Source: Candidatus Saccharimonadales bacterium
GTDB taxonomy: Bacteria; Patescibacteriota; Saccharimonadia; Saccharimonadales; DATKHC01
Length of the DNA stretch: 64,000 bases
Direction: 5' to 3'
NCBI GenBank assembly: GCA_035510465.1
Contig: DATKHC010000010.1
Coordinates: 22,036-86,035 of the forward strand
The position numbers and the translations under genes are program-made. Positions within the stretch are counted from its first letter, which is position 1, and every line of letters starts with the position of its first letter. The notes below the pieces were generated by a model. It searched no databases, was not told the DNA's origin, and saw only the letters and a program-made list of their open reading frames with translations. Positions 40,199-49,995 of this stretch are shown here, one piece after another.

Positions 40199-42007
40199 TT
40201 AGCTACAAGCACGTGGATCCCAAGCGGATAGAGGTTGCATTGGGGCGCTTGCTGGTTCTAGCCCAGTGACGGCTATTGGCGCTGCGGGAGCGGCAGGAGT
40301 GGATGGAGTTGAAGAACTTGAGCTCGAAGCTGCTTTGCCGGGAGGAGCATTAACCGCAAGTCCAGTTCCTGTAAGTACTGTGACCTCCGAACTACTCGTA
40401 ACCTGGCCAGCATTTTCTGATAGTATAACTGGCCCCGTTAGCTGTCTAGCCACTGCTTCTGCGTCCGCTTCGGTACTCGGACCGGCGTAGTTAACAACGG
40501 TCTCTACGGCTTCTGAGCTCAGAGGCGTAGCAGTTTGAGGCTGCCCAACCACGTTAAATCCTAGAGCCTGTAGAGCTGTAGATGTCTGAGTAGCTTGACC
40601 TGATATACCACTGCCGTTTACTACACTAACACTGAATGATGCTGGAGTAGGCAGGGACTTGCCGGTCATAGTATCCGTAGAATTAGTTACCCCCAGAAAT
40701 TCGTTAATAACCTGTCGATCAACTGCCTCAGACGGGAAAACAACGTCACCATAGTCTGTGCCTCCGTATTCGTAGTCTCCGAAACTGGTGGTTGAAATTG
40801 GCAGGGTATACTGTGGTACGCTGTTTATATTTACGGTGTGGAATTCTAACCCAAGCTGTAACATTGCTGATGTTGAAAAGCCTGAGTCAACCTGGACTTG
40901 GGGTGCAATAGCATCAACTATTTTCTGGACCGTAAAAGGATTGCTTAGATTTTGAGCAGCAACCGTGCTAGCAAGTACCCGTAGGAACTCGTGAGTTCTA
41001 GCAATTCTTGCAATGTCACTTTCTGGCTCTTGTGGCCAAAGGTACTGCAGATTGGTGGTTACTCCTGGTGGTTTGTACTGCAAATGACGAGACCTAACGA
41101 CTTGCAGAGCTTCGACACCGTTAAGTAACTGACAACCTGCTGTCTTTACGTTAAGATACGAGTCAGAGTCATAAACTGGCATCGGAAAGTCCATTTTTAT
41201 CCCACCGACAGCATTTACGATATTGACGAAGCCGTCAAAGCCTACCTCGGCATAATGTTGAATAGGTATGCCAAAGTCTTCCTCTACTGCTTTAACAAGT
41301 TGCGTGGGTCCCTCGTAGAGTGCAGCATCAATTTTAAATGCTTGGTCACCAGACCGGGCGTTAGGCACAAATGTGTCACGCGGGATAGATAATAAACTTA
41401 TGCTATTTGTTTTTGGCACAATATGGACAATAAAAATAATGTCACTATTAACCCCGGTTACGCCTTGAGAACAGAAACCCCACTGAGCATTTTGGACTTT
41501 AAGGTTGCAACGGTTAGTCGAACCAGCAACTAAAATATTCTCAGCTCCGCCAACCGAAGTTGAAAGATTGCCAACGGCAAGGTGATTTACTTTGTGGTCT
41601 AACTGCCAAGCGTCCCAAGCCCCAAAACCAATCAGGCCAGCAATCAGAACTACCGCTCCCGTAACAATTCTTCTTCTCAAACTCCACTTATTTCTATCAC
41701 GCCCCCAGAAACGCAATAGTTTATTCTTTTTCTTACCTGGAGTTCTTTCACCACTAGACCTTTGCGCATATCTTGGGTTAGGAAGTGCCGTGTGGAGTAG
41801 AGAGTTTGACTGTTGATCAATCGCTTCAGCATGAGTTAGCGGTTTTTTTTCTGGCATACTGGCGAGACTATCATCTGAAACTGGAGTTTGACTTGAGTGA
41901 GCGGCATGAGGGTGAGATCCGCTATGTTTTACGGGAGACCTCAAAATCCCATCAACACTAGCATAGTGCGGCCGTCTTATTGGTCTGTCGTCTTTGTTGT
42001 CATTCAC
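40199..42007 (-). CDS. LCP family (LytR-CpsA-Psr) protein, second paralog, with a Ser/Pro/Ala-rich C-terminal tail
   Basis: IVHIVPKTNSISLLSIPRDTFV core. A basic N-tail precedes the TM. The C-terminus reads ...AASSSSSSTPSTPAAPAAP.... Confidence 0.8.
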   Translation of the reverse strand: MNDNKDDRPIRRPHYASVDGILRSPVKHSGSHPHAAHSSQTPVSDDSLASMPEKKPLTHAEAIDQQSNSLLHTALPNPRYAQRSSGERTPGKKKNKLLRFWGRDRNKWSLRRRIVTGAVVLIAGLIGFGAWDAWQLDHKVNHLAVGNLSTSVGGAENILVAGSTNRCNLKVQNAQWGFCSQGVTGVNSDIIFIVHIVPKTNSISLLSIPRDTFVPNARSGDQAFKIDAALYEGPTQLVKAVEEDFGIPIQHYAEVGFDGFVNIVNAVGGIKMDFPMPVYDSDSYLNVKTAGCQLLNGVEALQVVRSRHLQYKPPGVTTNLQYLWPQEPESDIARIARTHEFLRVLASTVAAQNLSNPFTVQKIVDAIAPQVQVDSGFSTSAMLQLGLEFHTVNINSVPQYTLPISTTSFGDYEYGGTDYGDVVFPSEAVDRQVINEFLGVTNSTDTMTGKSLPTPASFSVSVVNGSGISGQATQTSTALQALGFNVVGQPQTATPLSSEAVETVVNYAGPSTEADAEAVARQLTGPVILSENAGQVTSSSEVTVLTGTGLAVNAPPGKAASSSSSSTPSTPAAPAAPIAVTGLEPASAPMQPLSAWDPRACS

Positions 42008-42051
42008 GGTTAAGTTTTATTATTCTATCACCGCAAACTTTCTGTGGCCAG

Positions 42052-43305
42052 CTAGGCTCTATTTAGCAACAGCTCGAAATAACGCGTACTGCCAAATGGT
42101 ATTTTTTGTCTGATAATTTCTTTAGAGGTAAGCGAATTGGCGTAAGTTACGGTAAATTCACCGAAGTCTTCGTTAATCCTATCGACCGCCTGCGTCAGCC
42201 AATTCTGCTTATTTACTTCTTCAAGCAGACTCATTTGTGAACGGTTAGACGGGACCAGGTTATAGCAGGTGACTCCAATCTCCTTAGGTTTAGCGTCAAG
42301 TGGTCGGTGATTAAAAAGTAGTAGTGCCCGGCGGTAAACTTCAGCGTTGGTGAAGAAACTGCTCTTGAAGGTTTTTCGCTCATACCAGTAATCTCCCGTT
42401 TCGTATCTCACGTAGACCATGACTCCACGGGCACAGAAGTTTTTATAGCGCAGTTTCATGCCAGTTGTCTCGCAAAGGTAGCTAAGGCGGGACAACAGAT
42501 CCATTTGACTAATATTGGAGCTACCTAGTACATACTGGCGACCAATTGATTTGGTGTCATAGTCATTATCATCAACCTCGAAACCATGCAAACGCTTGAA
42601 CCAATCCTCCCCGCAAACACTCCTAAAAACAAACCGCTTTAAAAGATCAGACGAAGAATCTAAAAACTGCAAGGGGGTAAATATACCATAAGCGTTGAGT
42701 CTAGCCTGGTTACGCTCAGCAATACCAAATAAGTCTGTCAGCTTAAGGCTAGACAAGGTTTGCCTAAGATTTTTGTAGTCAATTACGTCGAGACCATCGG
42801 GTTTATGTAGCGAGGCAGCTTGTTTAGCTAGGAAACGATTTGGCGCAATACCAACATTGCAGCGCATCCAAGAACCCACCTCCGCTCTAAGACGCCTTTT
42901 GATTTCATAGCCAATGTCTTCGAGTGGGCGGGGATTAACCACTTTTCTAGTACCGTGAAAATCGATAACGCCTTCATCGATACTCTTCATAGTTACATCA
43001 GGAGAATAGGATCGCATGATGGACACCAGTTTCTTATATACATGGTGGTATTTGGGAGGATCAGTTTCGAGCATGATTAAACTCGGCAGCAAAACTCTAG
43101 CCTCGTCGAGTCTCATGCCTACCTTAATGCCATATGCCTTGGCTTCGTAAGAAGCAGCTATCACACAGCAATGCTTGCTAATACGATTAGTTACTCCTAT
43201 TGGTTTGCCGCGCAGTAGGGGACGAGCCTGTTGCTCAACTGTCGCGAAACAGGAATTAAGATCAATATGCATGATCTGAGAAAGCTCAGGGTTAATATCG
43301 TACAT
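42052..43305 (-). CDS. Y-family (DinB/UmuC-like) translesion DNA polymerase
   Basis: IMHIDLNSCFATVEQ (DxD...FATVE) and CVIAASYEAKAYGIKVGM. 417 aa. Confidence 0.85.
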   Translation of the reverse strand: MYDINPELSQIMHIDLNSCFATVEQQARPLLRGKPIGVTNRISKHCCVIAASYEAKAYGIKVGMRLDEARVLLPSLIMLETDPPKYHHVYKKLVSIMRSYSPDVTMKSIDEGVIDFHGTRKVVNPRPLEDIGYEIKRRLRAEVGSWMRCNVGIAPNRFLAKQAASLHKPDGLDVIDYKNLRQTLSSLKLTDLFGIAERNQARLNAYGIFTPLQFLDSSSDLLKRFVFRSVCGEDWFKRLHGFEVDDNDYDTKSIGRQYVLGSSNISQMDLLSRLSYLCETTGMKLRYKNFCARGVMVYVRYETGDYWYERKTFKSSFFTNAEVYRRALLLFNHRPLDAKPKEIGVTCYNLVPSNRSQMSLLEEVNKQNWLTQAVDRINEDFGEFTVTYANSLTSKEIIRQKIPFGSTRYFELLLNRA

Positions 43306-43567
43306 CTTGGCTATCCGAAATGGCTACTAGCATCCAAGTGAGAGCTTCAGCATCAAATTCTAGACGGTAATCGGCTGCGCCATCGCTCATATCGAAAACA
43401 TGGATCATGCGTTTGCCTTTGGAGGTAGGATGTCTAAGCCCCAATTCCGTAAAATTATAGGTACGGTTTTTGTACAGCATTCGCTTGGGTAAACAAACCT
43501 GCTCGCCATCGCCACCGTAAACTACTACTACCTTGATCTTTTGATTAATTAAAGTTTGATTTTCCAT
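43292..43567 (-). CDS. Small protein, paralog 2 of a tandem pair upstream of the Y-family polymerase (possible YolD-like accessory factor)
   Basis: 91 aa. Shares TLINxKI...Y.F.E.GL...G...I.DMSDG..YRL.FD...W.L..I with the upstream ORF. Overlaps the polymerase start. Confidence 0.5.
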   Translation of the reverse strand: MENQTLINQKIKVVVVYGGDGEQVCLPKRMLYKNRTYNFTELGLRHPTSKGKRMIHVFDMSDGAADYRLEFDAEALTWMLVAISDSQDVRY

Positions 43568-43859
43568 TTTTTATATTTCCTTTAGGTGAGGTTATACTAA
43601 TCAGTTTCCAACTTGCATGATCAACGTCAAACTGTAGTCGATAGCTACTTTCACCATCACTCATGTCATAGATCTGCAGACTCCCGCGTGGTTTTTTGAT
43701 TCGGTAAGCTAGACCTGATTCAATGAAACTATATTCACGACCCTCCAGCTCTATTCGTCTTGGGAAAATCCTAAGACCAAAGCTATTTTTAAAATATAGA
43801 GACGTAACATTAATCTTTTTATTTATAAGCGTTTTGGATTCCATAGCATTTACCCCCAC
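43545..43859 (-). CDS. Small protein, paralog 1 of the tandem pair
   Basis: 104 aa with the same conserved pattern. Overlaps paralog 2 by 23 nt. Confidence 0.5.
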   Translation of the reverse strand: MGVNAMESKTLINKKINVTSLYFKNSFGLRIFPRRIELEGREYSFIESGLAYRIKKPRGSLQIYDMSDGESSYRLQFDVDHASWKLISITSPKGNIKNGKSNFN

Positions 43860-44210
43860 AACTAATTAAGTGTTTCAAAAATTAACAAAACTGGCGTCTG
43901 GATAGACTTTTAGGTAACTACCAGTAACGGACTTTAAATGGTACTGCTTTACGAGGAGGGAAGTGACAACCGTCAATGCCACTGCCTTTTAACCTTGCAG
44001 TATTGGGACTTAAATGTAGGAGGTTTCAGCGGTGACGCTTAGCTTAAAATAAGCCAGTGAGTACGCCAATCCTTCATAAAGAAATGCTTTTGTAAGCCTG
44101 TGTGTAGGAAAGCCTAAGCAGCTAGCACACACATTGCTGGTTTCCATTATAAACCTTAGGGGGATGGCCTCGCAAACTAGTTTTGTGCCTGTACCAATAG
44201 TTCGCGGTGC

Positions 44211-44531
44211 CTAAGTCTCGGGATCCTCGATCGGAGAAAATTCGGGGCCAGGCTTAAGTGTCCAATCGCAATCAGCAACAAGTTGGCCAGAACTCCACAT
44301 ATCACTAAGAGCAGCTCGATGAACCTGAATAGTTCTTTTCTCTTCATCGGTAAGTTGCTTAACACCGATCACTTCTTCAATAACGTCATAGGCCCTAAGT
44401 GGAAGCTCTTGTCCATCATGGCCTAGCCTTCCAGTAAACAACGTCCTGATAGCTAGTGCAGCTTTTTGTTTATCGATTTCCCAAGCATCATCCGCTGCTT
44501 GTCTACCTGAAGCCTCGTGTTGAACTGTCAT
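44211..44531 (-). CDS. Hypothetical protein
   Basis: 106 aa ORF with no recognisable motif. Confidence 0.35.
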   Translation of the reverse strand: MTVQHEASGRQAADDAWEIDKQKAALAIRTLFTGRLGHDGQELPLRAYDVIEEVIGVKQLTDEEKRTIQVHRAALSDMWSSGQLVADCDWTLKPGPEFSPIEDPET

Positions 44532-44671
44532 GTGCTTTATTAAACACTTGATTTAGCTGCCAGGCAACTATAAATAACTTCACTCTGTAAGTGCTTACGT
44601 TATATTATCCAACCTATTTGACAAGCTAATAAATAAAGAGCATCATATGGGCATATTAATAAATAGGGGAG

Positions 44672-45235
44672 TTGTATATGTACACGACAGCTATTGCAAA
44701 GGATAGTTGGTGGGCCTTGTCTGTGCGCGGGTTGGTAACCGTTTTGCTTGGTGTGGCGTTGGTCTTTTGGCCATTTCTAACACTGCTAACGGTAATTTAC
44801 CTATTCAGTGCATACATAATATTAAGCGGCCTTTTTGGTGTCGTGAGTGGCATCATGAGCGTCGATAAAAGCACTTGGTGGTCATTGCAAGTTCTACTTG
44901 GGGTAGTTGAGCTTGGGTTTGGAGTCTACTTAGTTAGACACCTATCTGTCAAGTTCACCACATTGCTTCTTCTAGTCGGCTTTGTGCTGGTTATTAGGGG
45001 TTTGGTTGAAATTATCGGAACCTTCATAGAAGGTCAGGTAGCTTCAACGGTTAGGACGCTAAGTTCTATAACAGGTCTAGCAGCAATAGTAGCTGGAGTT
45101 GTTATATTGCTCCAACCAAAAACTGTCGGTGTAGGCTTTGTTTGGATACTTGGTCTTTACGCCCTAATAGTTGGTTCGTTGTACGTTGCTATGTCTGTTG
45201 ACGGCAAGAGACAGATGGACGGCGGAAAACGCTAA
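44672..45235 (+). CDS. HdeD/DUF308-family membrane protein
   Basis: Repeated short TM units: WWALSVRGLVTVLLGVALVFWP, then WWSLQVLLGVVELGFGVYLV. Confidence 0.6.
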   Translation: MYMYTTAIAKDSWWALSVRGLVTVLLGVALVFWPFLTLLTVIYLFSAYIILSGLFGVVSGIMSVDKSTWWSLQVLLGVVELGFGVYLVRHLSVKFTTLLLLVGFVLVIRGLVEIIGTFIEGQVASTVRTLSSITGLAAIVAGVVILLQPKTVGVGFVWILGLYALIVGSLYVAMSVDGKRQMDGGKR

Positions 45236-45251
45236 TATAGTCTCTTTAGTT

Positions 45252-45288
45252 CAAAAAAACCGCTATTTTTTAAGTAGCGGTTTTTTAT
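45252..45288. terminator. Bidirectional rho-independent terminator
   Basis: AAACCGCTA-ttttttaag-TAGCGGTTT perfect 9-bp stem, followed by TTTTT and preceded by AAAAAAA. Confidence 0.55.
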
Positions 45289-46781
45289 GTTTCATGCGAC
45301 GTTAGACTAATCTTTTGTAGGTTCTCCAGCAGAGACTTCTCGTCTGCACCTGCCCCCATTTTTTCATACCGATGACGAGTGTTTAATATTCTCAGCACAG
45401 CAGATATGGTCCAGGCTTGACCTGGTTCTGGTACGGGCAAGTCCCCGCCGGGGGAGATTGAATTAAAATGAGTCATTGCAGCTTTGTGGTCATACCAAAC
45501 TTTGCCATCTGTGTCGGCATAGTGAAATTCATAAAATTCTCCAGAGTTTAAAATGGCATCGACTAGACGGTTCTCAAATTGCATAGCCAAAGCGTGTAGG
45601 CCGTGGTTATGTAAGCCCTTGGCTGCCGCATTCGTTTCTTTAGGCCAAACAGTATACGAACCGTGATAATCAATAAAACCAGGGAATTTCGCAAGCTTTA
45701 GTGATCTGGAGCGTATTCCAGCATTTGTCATAAACTGTTTTTTCGTGACTACCTTGGCCACATTATGCACATAGTAATGCCTACGTTGTTCGGGCAAAGC
45801 ATGGAGTAACTTAGAATCAAGTATCAGCGCTGCGTTAGAAGTAAGGCTGTCAATTTGTCTTGTCTTGCCGTTACTATCGACGTATAAACCTTGGGCAAAA
45901 AACGCCTCATCCTTCATCCAGAGCAGCTCAAGTGTAAGGTCTTTAATTTGTGCGGCTAGTTTTAGAAGCAGCTCAACTCGTTCTACGCTTTGGCCCGGTA
46001 GATGCGCAAGACTCGTTAGTGCATCAAATGCATATCCCTGTAACTCAACAGAAGCTATACCACGGTCAAAGTCCGGCAAACTACCATCTTTATTTATGTA
46101 GGCCGTGGCTGAATCCTTCCAGGCCTGATTGGCTAGCCCGTTTGGATTTAGACGCTTATACTCCAGCAGTCCGCTATTGGAGTTTCTGATCTTACCAACT
46201 ATCCAATCACCAGCAGCCCTTACACTGTCGGATACTACTTTTTTCTGCCCGTCCTTTGTGATGTATGCTTCATCTAAAATTTCCGCCCCGTATCTCCTAA
46301 CATAATTACAGAGCAACCTAACATACAACAGAGTCGCATCATGACTACCATAATAGGTCATTGAATCAGTACCGGCACCGCCCCAAACTCGCTGGAGCTC
46401 AGACAGTACCTTAATCGAATGCTCAGCCACAGCTATGCCATCAAAAGTTTTTGCCCGAAATTCATGATGAATTTTACCGGGTTCTTCCTCGGATATATTG
46501 TTCAAGCTAACACCTTGCAGTCTGGCAAGTGTAAGTAAAATGTCGCGGACTAATGCTTGGTGAGTATTTAGTAAGTCTTCCCCTACGACAAGTGAATCTC
46601 GCCCGAAGATTGCGGAATGAAAATGAGGCCCATTACTTGCGTAAACCCCCCAGTGTCCTACCGCTCGGACAATATCAATATAATCGGGTGGCTGGTCATT
46701 TGAGCCAAGATTTATCAGTTGGGCAAGACTTTTTTTCTTAGATTCTAATGTCTTTTCAGCCCACTCGCTAGTAAACGACAT
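45285..46781 (-). CDS. (alpha/alpha)6-barrel glycoside hydrolase, GDE_C/GH63-like (amylo-alpha-1,6-glucosidase family)
   Basis: HFHSAIFGRDSLVVGEDLL, a GDE_C-type FGRD motif. 498 aa. Confidence 0.5.
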   Translation of the reverse strand: MSFTSEWAEKTLESKKKSLAQLINLGSNDQPPDYIDIVRAVGHWGVYASNGPHFHSAIFGRDSLVVGEDLLNTHQALVRDILLTLARLQGVSLNNISEEEPGKIHHEFRAKTFDGIAVAEHSIKVLSELQRVWGGAGTDSMTYYGSHDATLLYVRLLCNYVRRYGAEILDEAYITKDGQKKVVSDSVRAAGDWIVGKIRNSNSGLLEYKRLNPNGLANQAWKDSATAYINKDGSLPDFDRGIASVELQGYAFDALTSLAHLPGQSVERVELLLKLAAQIKDLTLELLWMKDEAFFAQGLYVDSNGKTRQIDSLTSNAALILDSKLLHALPEQRRHYYVHNVAKVVTKKQFMTNAGIRSRSLKLAKFPGFIDYHGSYTVWPKETNAAAKGLHNHGLHALAMQFENRLVDAILNSGEFYEFHYADTDGKVWYDHKAAMTHFNSISPGGDLPVPEPGQAWTISAVLRILNTRHRYEKMGAGADEKSLLENLQKISLTSHET

Positions 46782-46823
46782 ATTGTACTTTACTTTAGCA
46801 TAAGAGTTTATATACAGGATCGG

Positions 46824-47849
46824 TTAAGCTGCAATTGCTTTTTCGTAAACCTTTACGTAACGCTTGGCCATTAAGCTGGCACTGAAGCGCTTAGCCACAT
46901 CGGCACGGCAGAATTGGCGATCAATTTTTCCAATTTTAGTAATGGCCCTCAGCATATCCGATTCATTCTCGCAGAGAAAGCCGTTTTTCCCGTCTGAAAT
47001 AATCTCAGACATAGAGCCTCGCTTATAGGTGAGCACCGGCGTGCCGCAGGACAAAGCTTCTACTGTTGCCAACCCAAACGGTTCATCCCATTGAATTGGG
47101 GAGAGTAGGGCTTTAGCATTTTTTAGTAAATCGTTCTTGGCTTTAGCGTCAACCTCTCCGAGGAAGACGACGTTCTTATTATTGACGAGAGGTTTGATTA
47201 CTTTTCTGTAATAGGCTCGGTCTACTGGGTCAACCTTGGCACCCATGATTAATCTGTGGCCGCTTTTCTTGGCAATCTCAATAGCTTGCTTGGGGCCTTT
47301 ATCTGGGCTAATCCGCCCCAAGAAAGCCAGATAGTTCTTGGGTTTATCGTTGAAAACAAATTCGTCGACATTGATACCGTTATGGACTGTTGCTAGGTAG
47401 TTAAGATCGGGGGCGTAACGTCTTTGAGCCCGACTAATACTGACAAAATTCTGAGAAAGATAAGAGTTCTTTAATGAATAATCTACTGGGTTATGAATTG
47501 TAGTGACAATTGGAACTTTTACTAGTTTTCGGAATATGAGAAGTGGCGCATCTAGGTGATTATGAATAATGTCAAAACGGTTTTTGCCAATTAATTCTAG
47601 GGCTATGTGAAGAGCTTTGATCTGTTCGTCCAACCAAACTCGTGGATTGGTCGTCATGTACTTTCTTATTGAACGATTAGCGACAGGTATTAACTTTGCT
47701 GAAGTTTTGGAATCAGCGCTGGCAAATAGACTCACTTCGTGACCTAACTTAACCAGTTCTTCGGCCAGATTAAAGACGACTCGTTCCGTCCCGCCATATT
47801 TTTTAGGAGGAACACTCTCCTCAATAGGGGCTAGTAATGCAATTTTCAA
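46824..47849 (-). CDS. Family-4 glycosyltransferase (GT-B)
   Basis: EPFGLATVEALSCGTPVL (E-x7-E motif) and an N-terminal GG motif region. Confidence 0.8.
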   Translation of the reverse strand: MKIALLAPIEESVPPKKYGGTERVVFNLAEELVKLGHEVSLFASADSKTSAKLIPVANRSIRKYMTTNPRVWLDEQIKALHIALELIGKNRFDIIHNHLDAPLLIFRKLVKVPIVTTIHNPVDYSLKNSYLSQNFVSISRAQRRYAPDLNYLATVHNGINVDEFVFNDKPKNYLAFLGRISPDKGPKQAIEIAKKSGHRLIMGAKVDPVDRAYYRKVIKPLVNNKNVVFLGEVDAKAKNDLLKNAKALLSPIQWDEPFGLATVEALSCGTPVLTYKRGSMSEIISDGKNGFLCENESDMLRAITKIGKIDRQFCRADVAKRFSASLMAKRYVKVYEKAIAA

Positions 47850-47986
47850 ATTTTAGCTCCGGTGCTTTAAGACAAGCTGTCCCAGTTTTCTCCGATATGC
47901 CGTTATTCGCGATCGAATTATATCACACGTAAGGGTACTCAACCCTTGAGCGGGCTAGTATTTCAGGATTGTTGCATTAGTTATAG

Positions 47987-48436
47987 TTATCGAGTGTCAG
48001 TAATGACTGCGTTGTCTTCTGCGTCAGGGGCAGTCACTGTTACTCGGTTATTCGCATCTTCATATATTTGATAGTGAGTATCAGTATCAGTACCAGTTTG
48101 TGGATCCTCGGGTAACTTGACCATATAGGTTTCGTTGTTTGTCAGGACACTTAAGTCCACCTTGCCAGAGCAGACGTTTGCTCCAGTTGCGCAAATGTCG
48201 GTTGGGGTAGTTGTAATCGAAGCAGGCAAATTGCCGTTATTATCAATGCTGTATTCATAAACAGCATTTAGAATCTGATCAATATTTGATTGTCTCACTG
48301 CGTTTCGGCTATCGCCGAGCTGTTTTCCGGGATTAATGGCTAGAATTACGACGCCTGCTAATATGGCTATGATAGCCACTACTAGCAACATTTCTATTAG
48401 TGTAAAGCCGCCTTGGCCTTTTAGCTTTATTGACAC
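47987..48436 (-). CDS. Type IV pilin (candidate major pilin)
   Basis: Prepilin leader ...GQGG/FTLIEMLLVVAIIAILAGVV with Glu5. 149 aa with C-terminal Cys residues. Confidence 0.8.
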   Translation of the reverse strand: MSIKLKGQGGFTLIEMLLVVAIIAILAGVVILAINPGKQLGDSRNAVRQSNIDQILNAVYEYSIDNNGNLPASITTTPTDICATGANVCSGKVDLSVLTNNETYMVKLPEDPQTGTDTDTHYQIYEDANNRVTVTAPDAEDNAVITDTR

Positions 48437-48575
48437 GGTGCCCTTATGTTTTTTAGTAATCTTAGCCCTACTTAATTATCAATATAGACTAAGCACAATC
48501 ATTATACAACAAATAACAGATAGCCAATTAACTATTCACTCAATGCCTAGCATCAGAGTAAGGATTTTTGCATCT

Positions 48576-48610
48576 GGTTCGAATCTCCAAACCCCAGCCA
48601 ACCATAAGCA
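48576..48610 (+). repeat. Dispersed intergenic repeat, degenerate copy H
   Basis: GGTTCGAATCTCCAAACCCCAGCCAACCATAAGCA. The 3' half matches the consensus CCCAGCCAAGCGTAAGC at 15 of 19 positions. Confidence 0.35.
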
Positions 48611-48631
48611 ATTTAACTTATTAGTAGATAT

Positions 48632-48934
48632 TTATGCCGAAACAAAGAACTTCAGGCCCCTTGACCTATCGTCATCGTAAAAATCAAGGACGTTTTCATA
48701 AGAGTCTATTCCCATAAATCCATCCGTAGTTAAGACCTCGATACATTCCGGCCTATCTTCTCCTAACCCAACTACACTATGAACTGCAGCACCTAGTCTT
48801 GTGCTTTCGTCTCTTCCACCTAAAACAGCGTGGCGCCCCAGGGCAATTGGGGGATTAATAGGATATCCTTCTTCAACAACGTGGTCGGGTGCGGGTGGAC
48901 AATCGAACTCCCTAGCTACTATTGTGCCGTTCAT
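48632..48934 (-). CDS. Hypothetical protein; in frame with the upstream ORF across a single TAA
   Basis: 100 aa ORF with no recognisable motif. Confidence 0.35.
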   Translation of the reverse strand: MNGTIVAREFDCPPAPDHVVEEGYPINPPIALGRHAVLGGRDESTRLGAAVHSVVGLGEDRPECIEVLTTDGFMGIDSYENVLDFYDDDRSRGLKFFVSA

Positions 48935-48964
48935 CCAATACCCAAAACGGTGGCAGTTTGTTAC

Positions 48965-49297
48965 TTATCTTCGTCCAGGTACCATAAGACCCGTATATTC
49001 ACTTCTGACTTGGTTAAATCGGGGTTTATCTACAAAAAATCGAGTATAAAACTCACCTAGTTTACGGGCTACATCTTCAGGCATTTCTATGACTTCAAGC
49101 TCGGCATCCTTTGGATTGTACCCTGATTCAGGAACGGTATAGTCAACTCTTGTCCAACGGGTTGGTGACATATCTTGGACAATTTCCATACCTACAACAC
49201 GCCTATATGGTTGTTTGGTTGTCCTACCGTTTAGGTGAACATAAGTCGACGGAACAGTGTATAGTTGAACTCGCTCAATACCTGTCATAATAAACAT
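48965..49297 (-). CDS. Hypothetical protein
   Basis: 110 aa. The stop TAA at 48965-48967 is followed 10 codons later, in the same frame, by the next ORF. Confidence 0.35.
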   Translation of the reverse strand: MFIMTGIERVQLYTVPSTYVHLNGRTTKQPYRRVVGMEIVQDMSPTRWTRVDYTVPESGYNPKDAELEVIEMPEDVARKLGEFYTRFFVDKPRFNQVRSEYTGLMVPGRR

Positions 49298-49357
49298 ATT
49301 ATAGCATAACTGTTATAGATTATCAACTATAACTAGTGTAGTTAGGTCGTTTTATGG

Positions 49358-49388
49358 GGTACGGAACTCAACCTCGATTCCCAGCCAA
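49358..49388 (+). repeat. Dispersed intergenic repeat, copy D
   Basis: GGTACGGAACTCAACCTCGATTCCCAGCCAA. Confidence 0.6.
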
Positions 49389-49472
49389 TATTTCACCTAT
49401 GTCAACATTTGTGCCACCTCGGTTTGAATCCTTGTTGAATATTTGCGTCTGCGCATATAAGATTATATAATA

Positions 49473-49922
49473 TTGGTCATGGCAACCCAACTCGAATTTC
49501 AAGACCCACAGGTGCAGAGTGCGCTTGAAAATTTTAGTGAGTACGTCCTGACTAGTAACTTCAGAACCAGGATAGTACATCAAATTACACGGGTTATTGA
49601 TTTAGCTGAGTACTGCGAACATCCAAAACAAAAAATAGCGAACCTAAAAGAAGCTCTTGGGGCAGAAGCTTTATTTGCAGTTTGGAGACAACCTCTCAGT
49701 AACACCGAGGGCAACTTAAACCTCATCGTGAAAGTTGACGGAGACGGACGTATTATTGATGGATCTCCAGTACACGTTGGGATTTTAGTTGATGACCATC
49801 CACAAATGACCTGTTTTGGTTTCACTCCTGATGAACTAAGGGTTGTTGAGTATTTTGCGCTTGCTCAAGATCAACTACCCTGGCAACCCAACACTAGTGG
49901 ATTAATCTATCATTCTCGTTAA
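49473..49922 (+). CDS. Hypothetical protein
   Basis: 149 aa ORF bracketed by repeat copies D and E. Confidence 0.45.
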   Translation: MVMATQLEFQDPQVQSALENFSEYVLTSNFRTRIVHQITRVIDLAEYCEHPKQKIANLKEALGAEALFAVWRQPLSNTEGNLNLIVKVDGDGRIIDGSPVHVGILVDDHPQMTCFGFTPDELRVVEYFALAQDQLPWQPNTSGLIYHSR

Positions 49923-49949
49923 AGAGCCGGATTAATTACTTATCAAACC

Positions 49950-49989
49950 GTACGGAACTCAACCTCGATTCCCAGCCAAGCGTAAGCGG
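49950..49989 (+). repeat. Dispersed intergenic repeat, copy E (longest)
   Basis: GTACGGAACTCAACCTCGATTCCCAGCCAAGCGTAAGCGG. Confidence 0.65.
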
Positions 49990-49995
49990 TTTGAC

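Noticed and set aside
43860-44210. LexA/SOS box upstream of the Y-family polymerase operon
   Set aside because: No CTGT-N8-ACAG or GAAC-N4-GTTC type palindrome found by eye.
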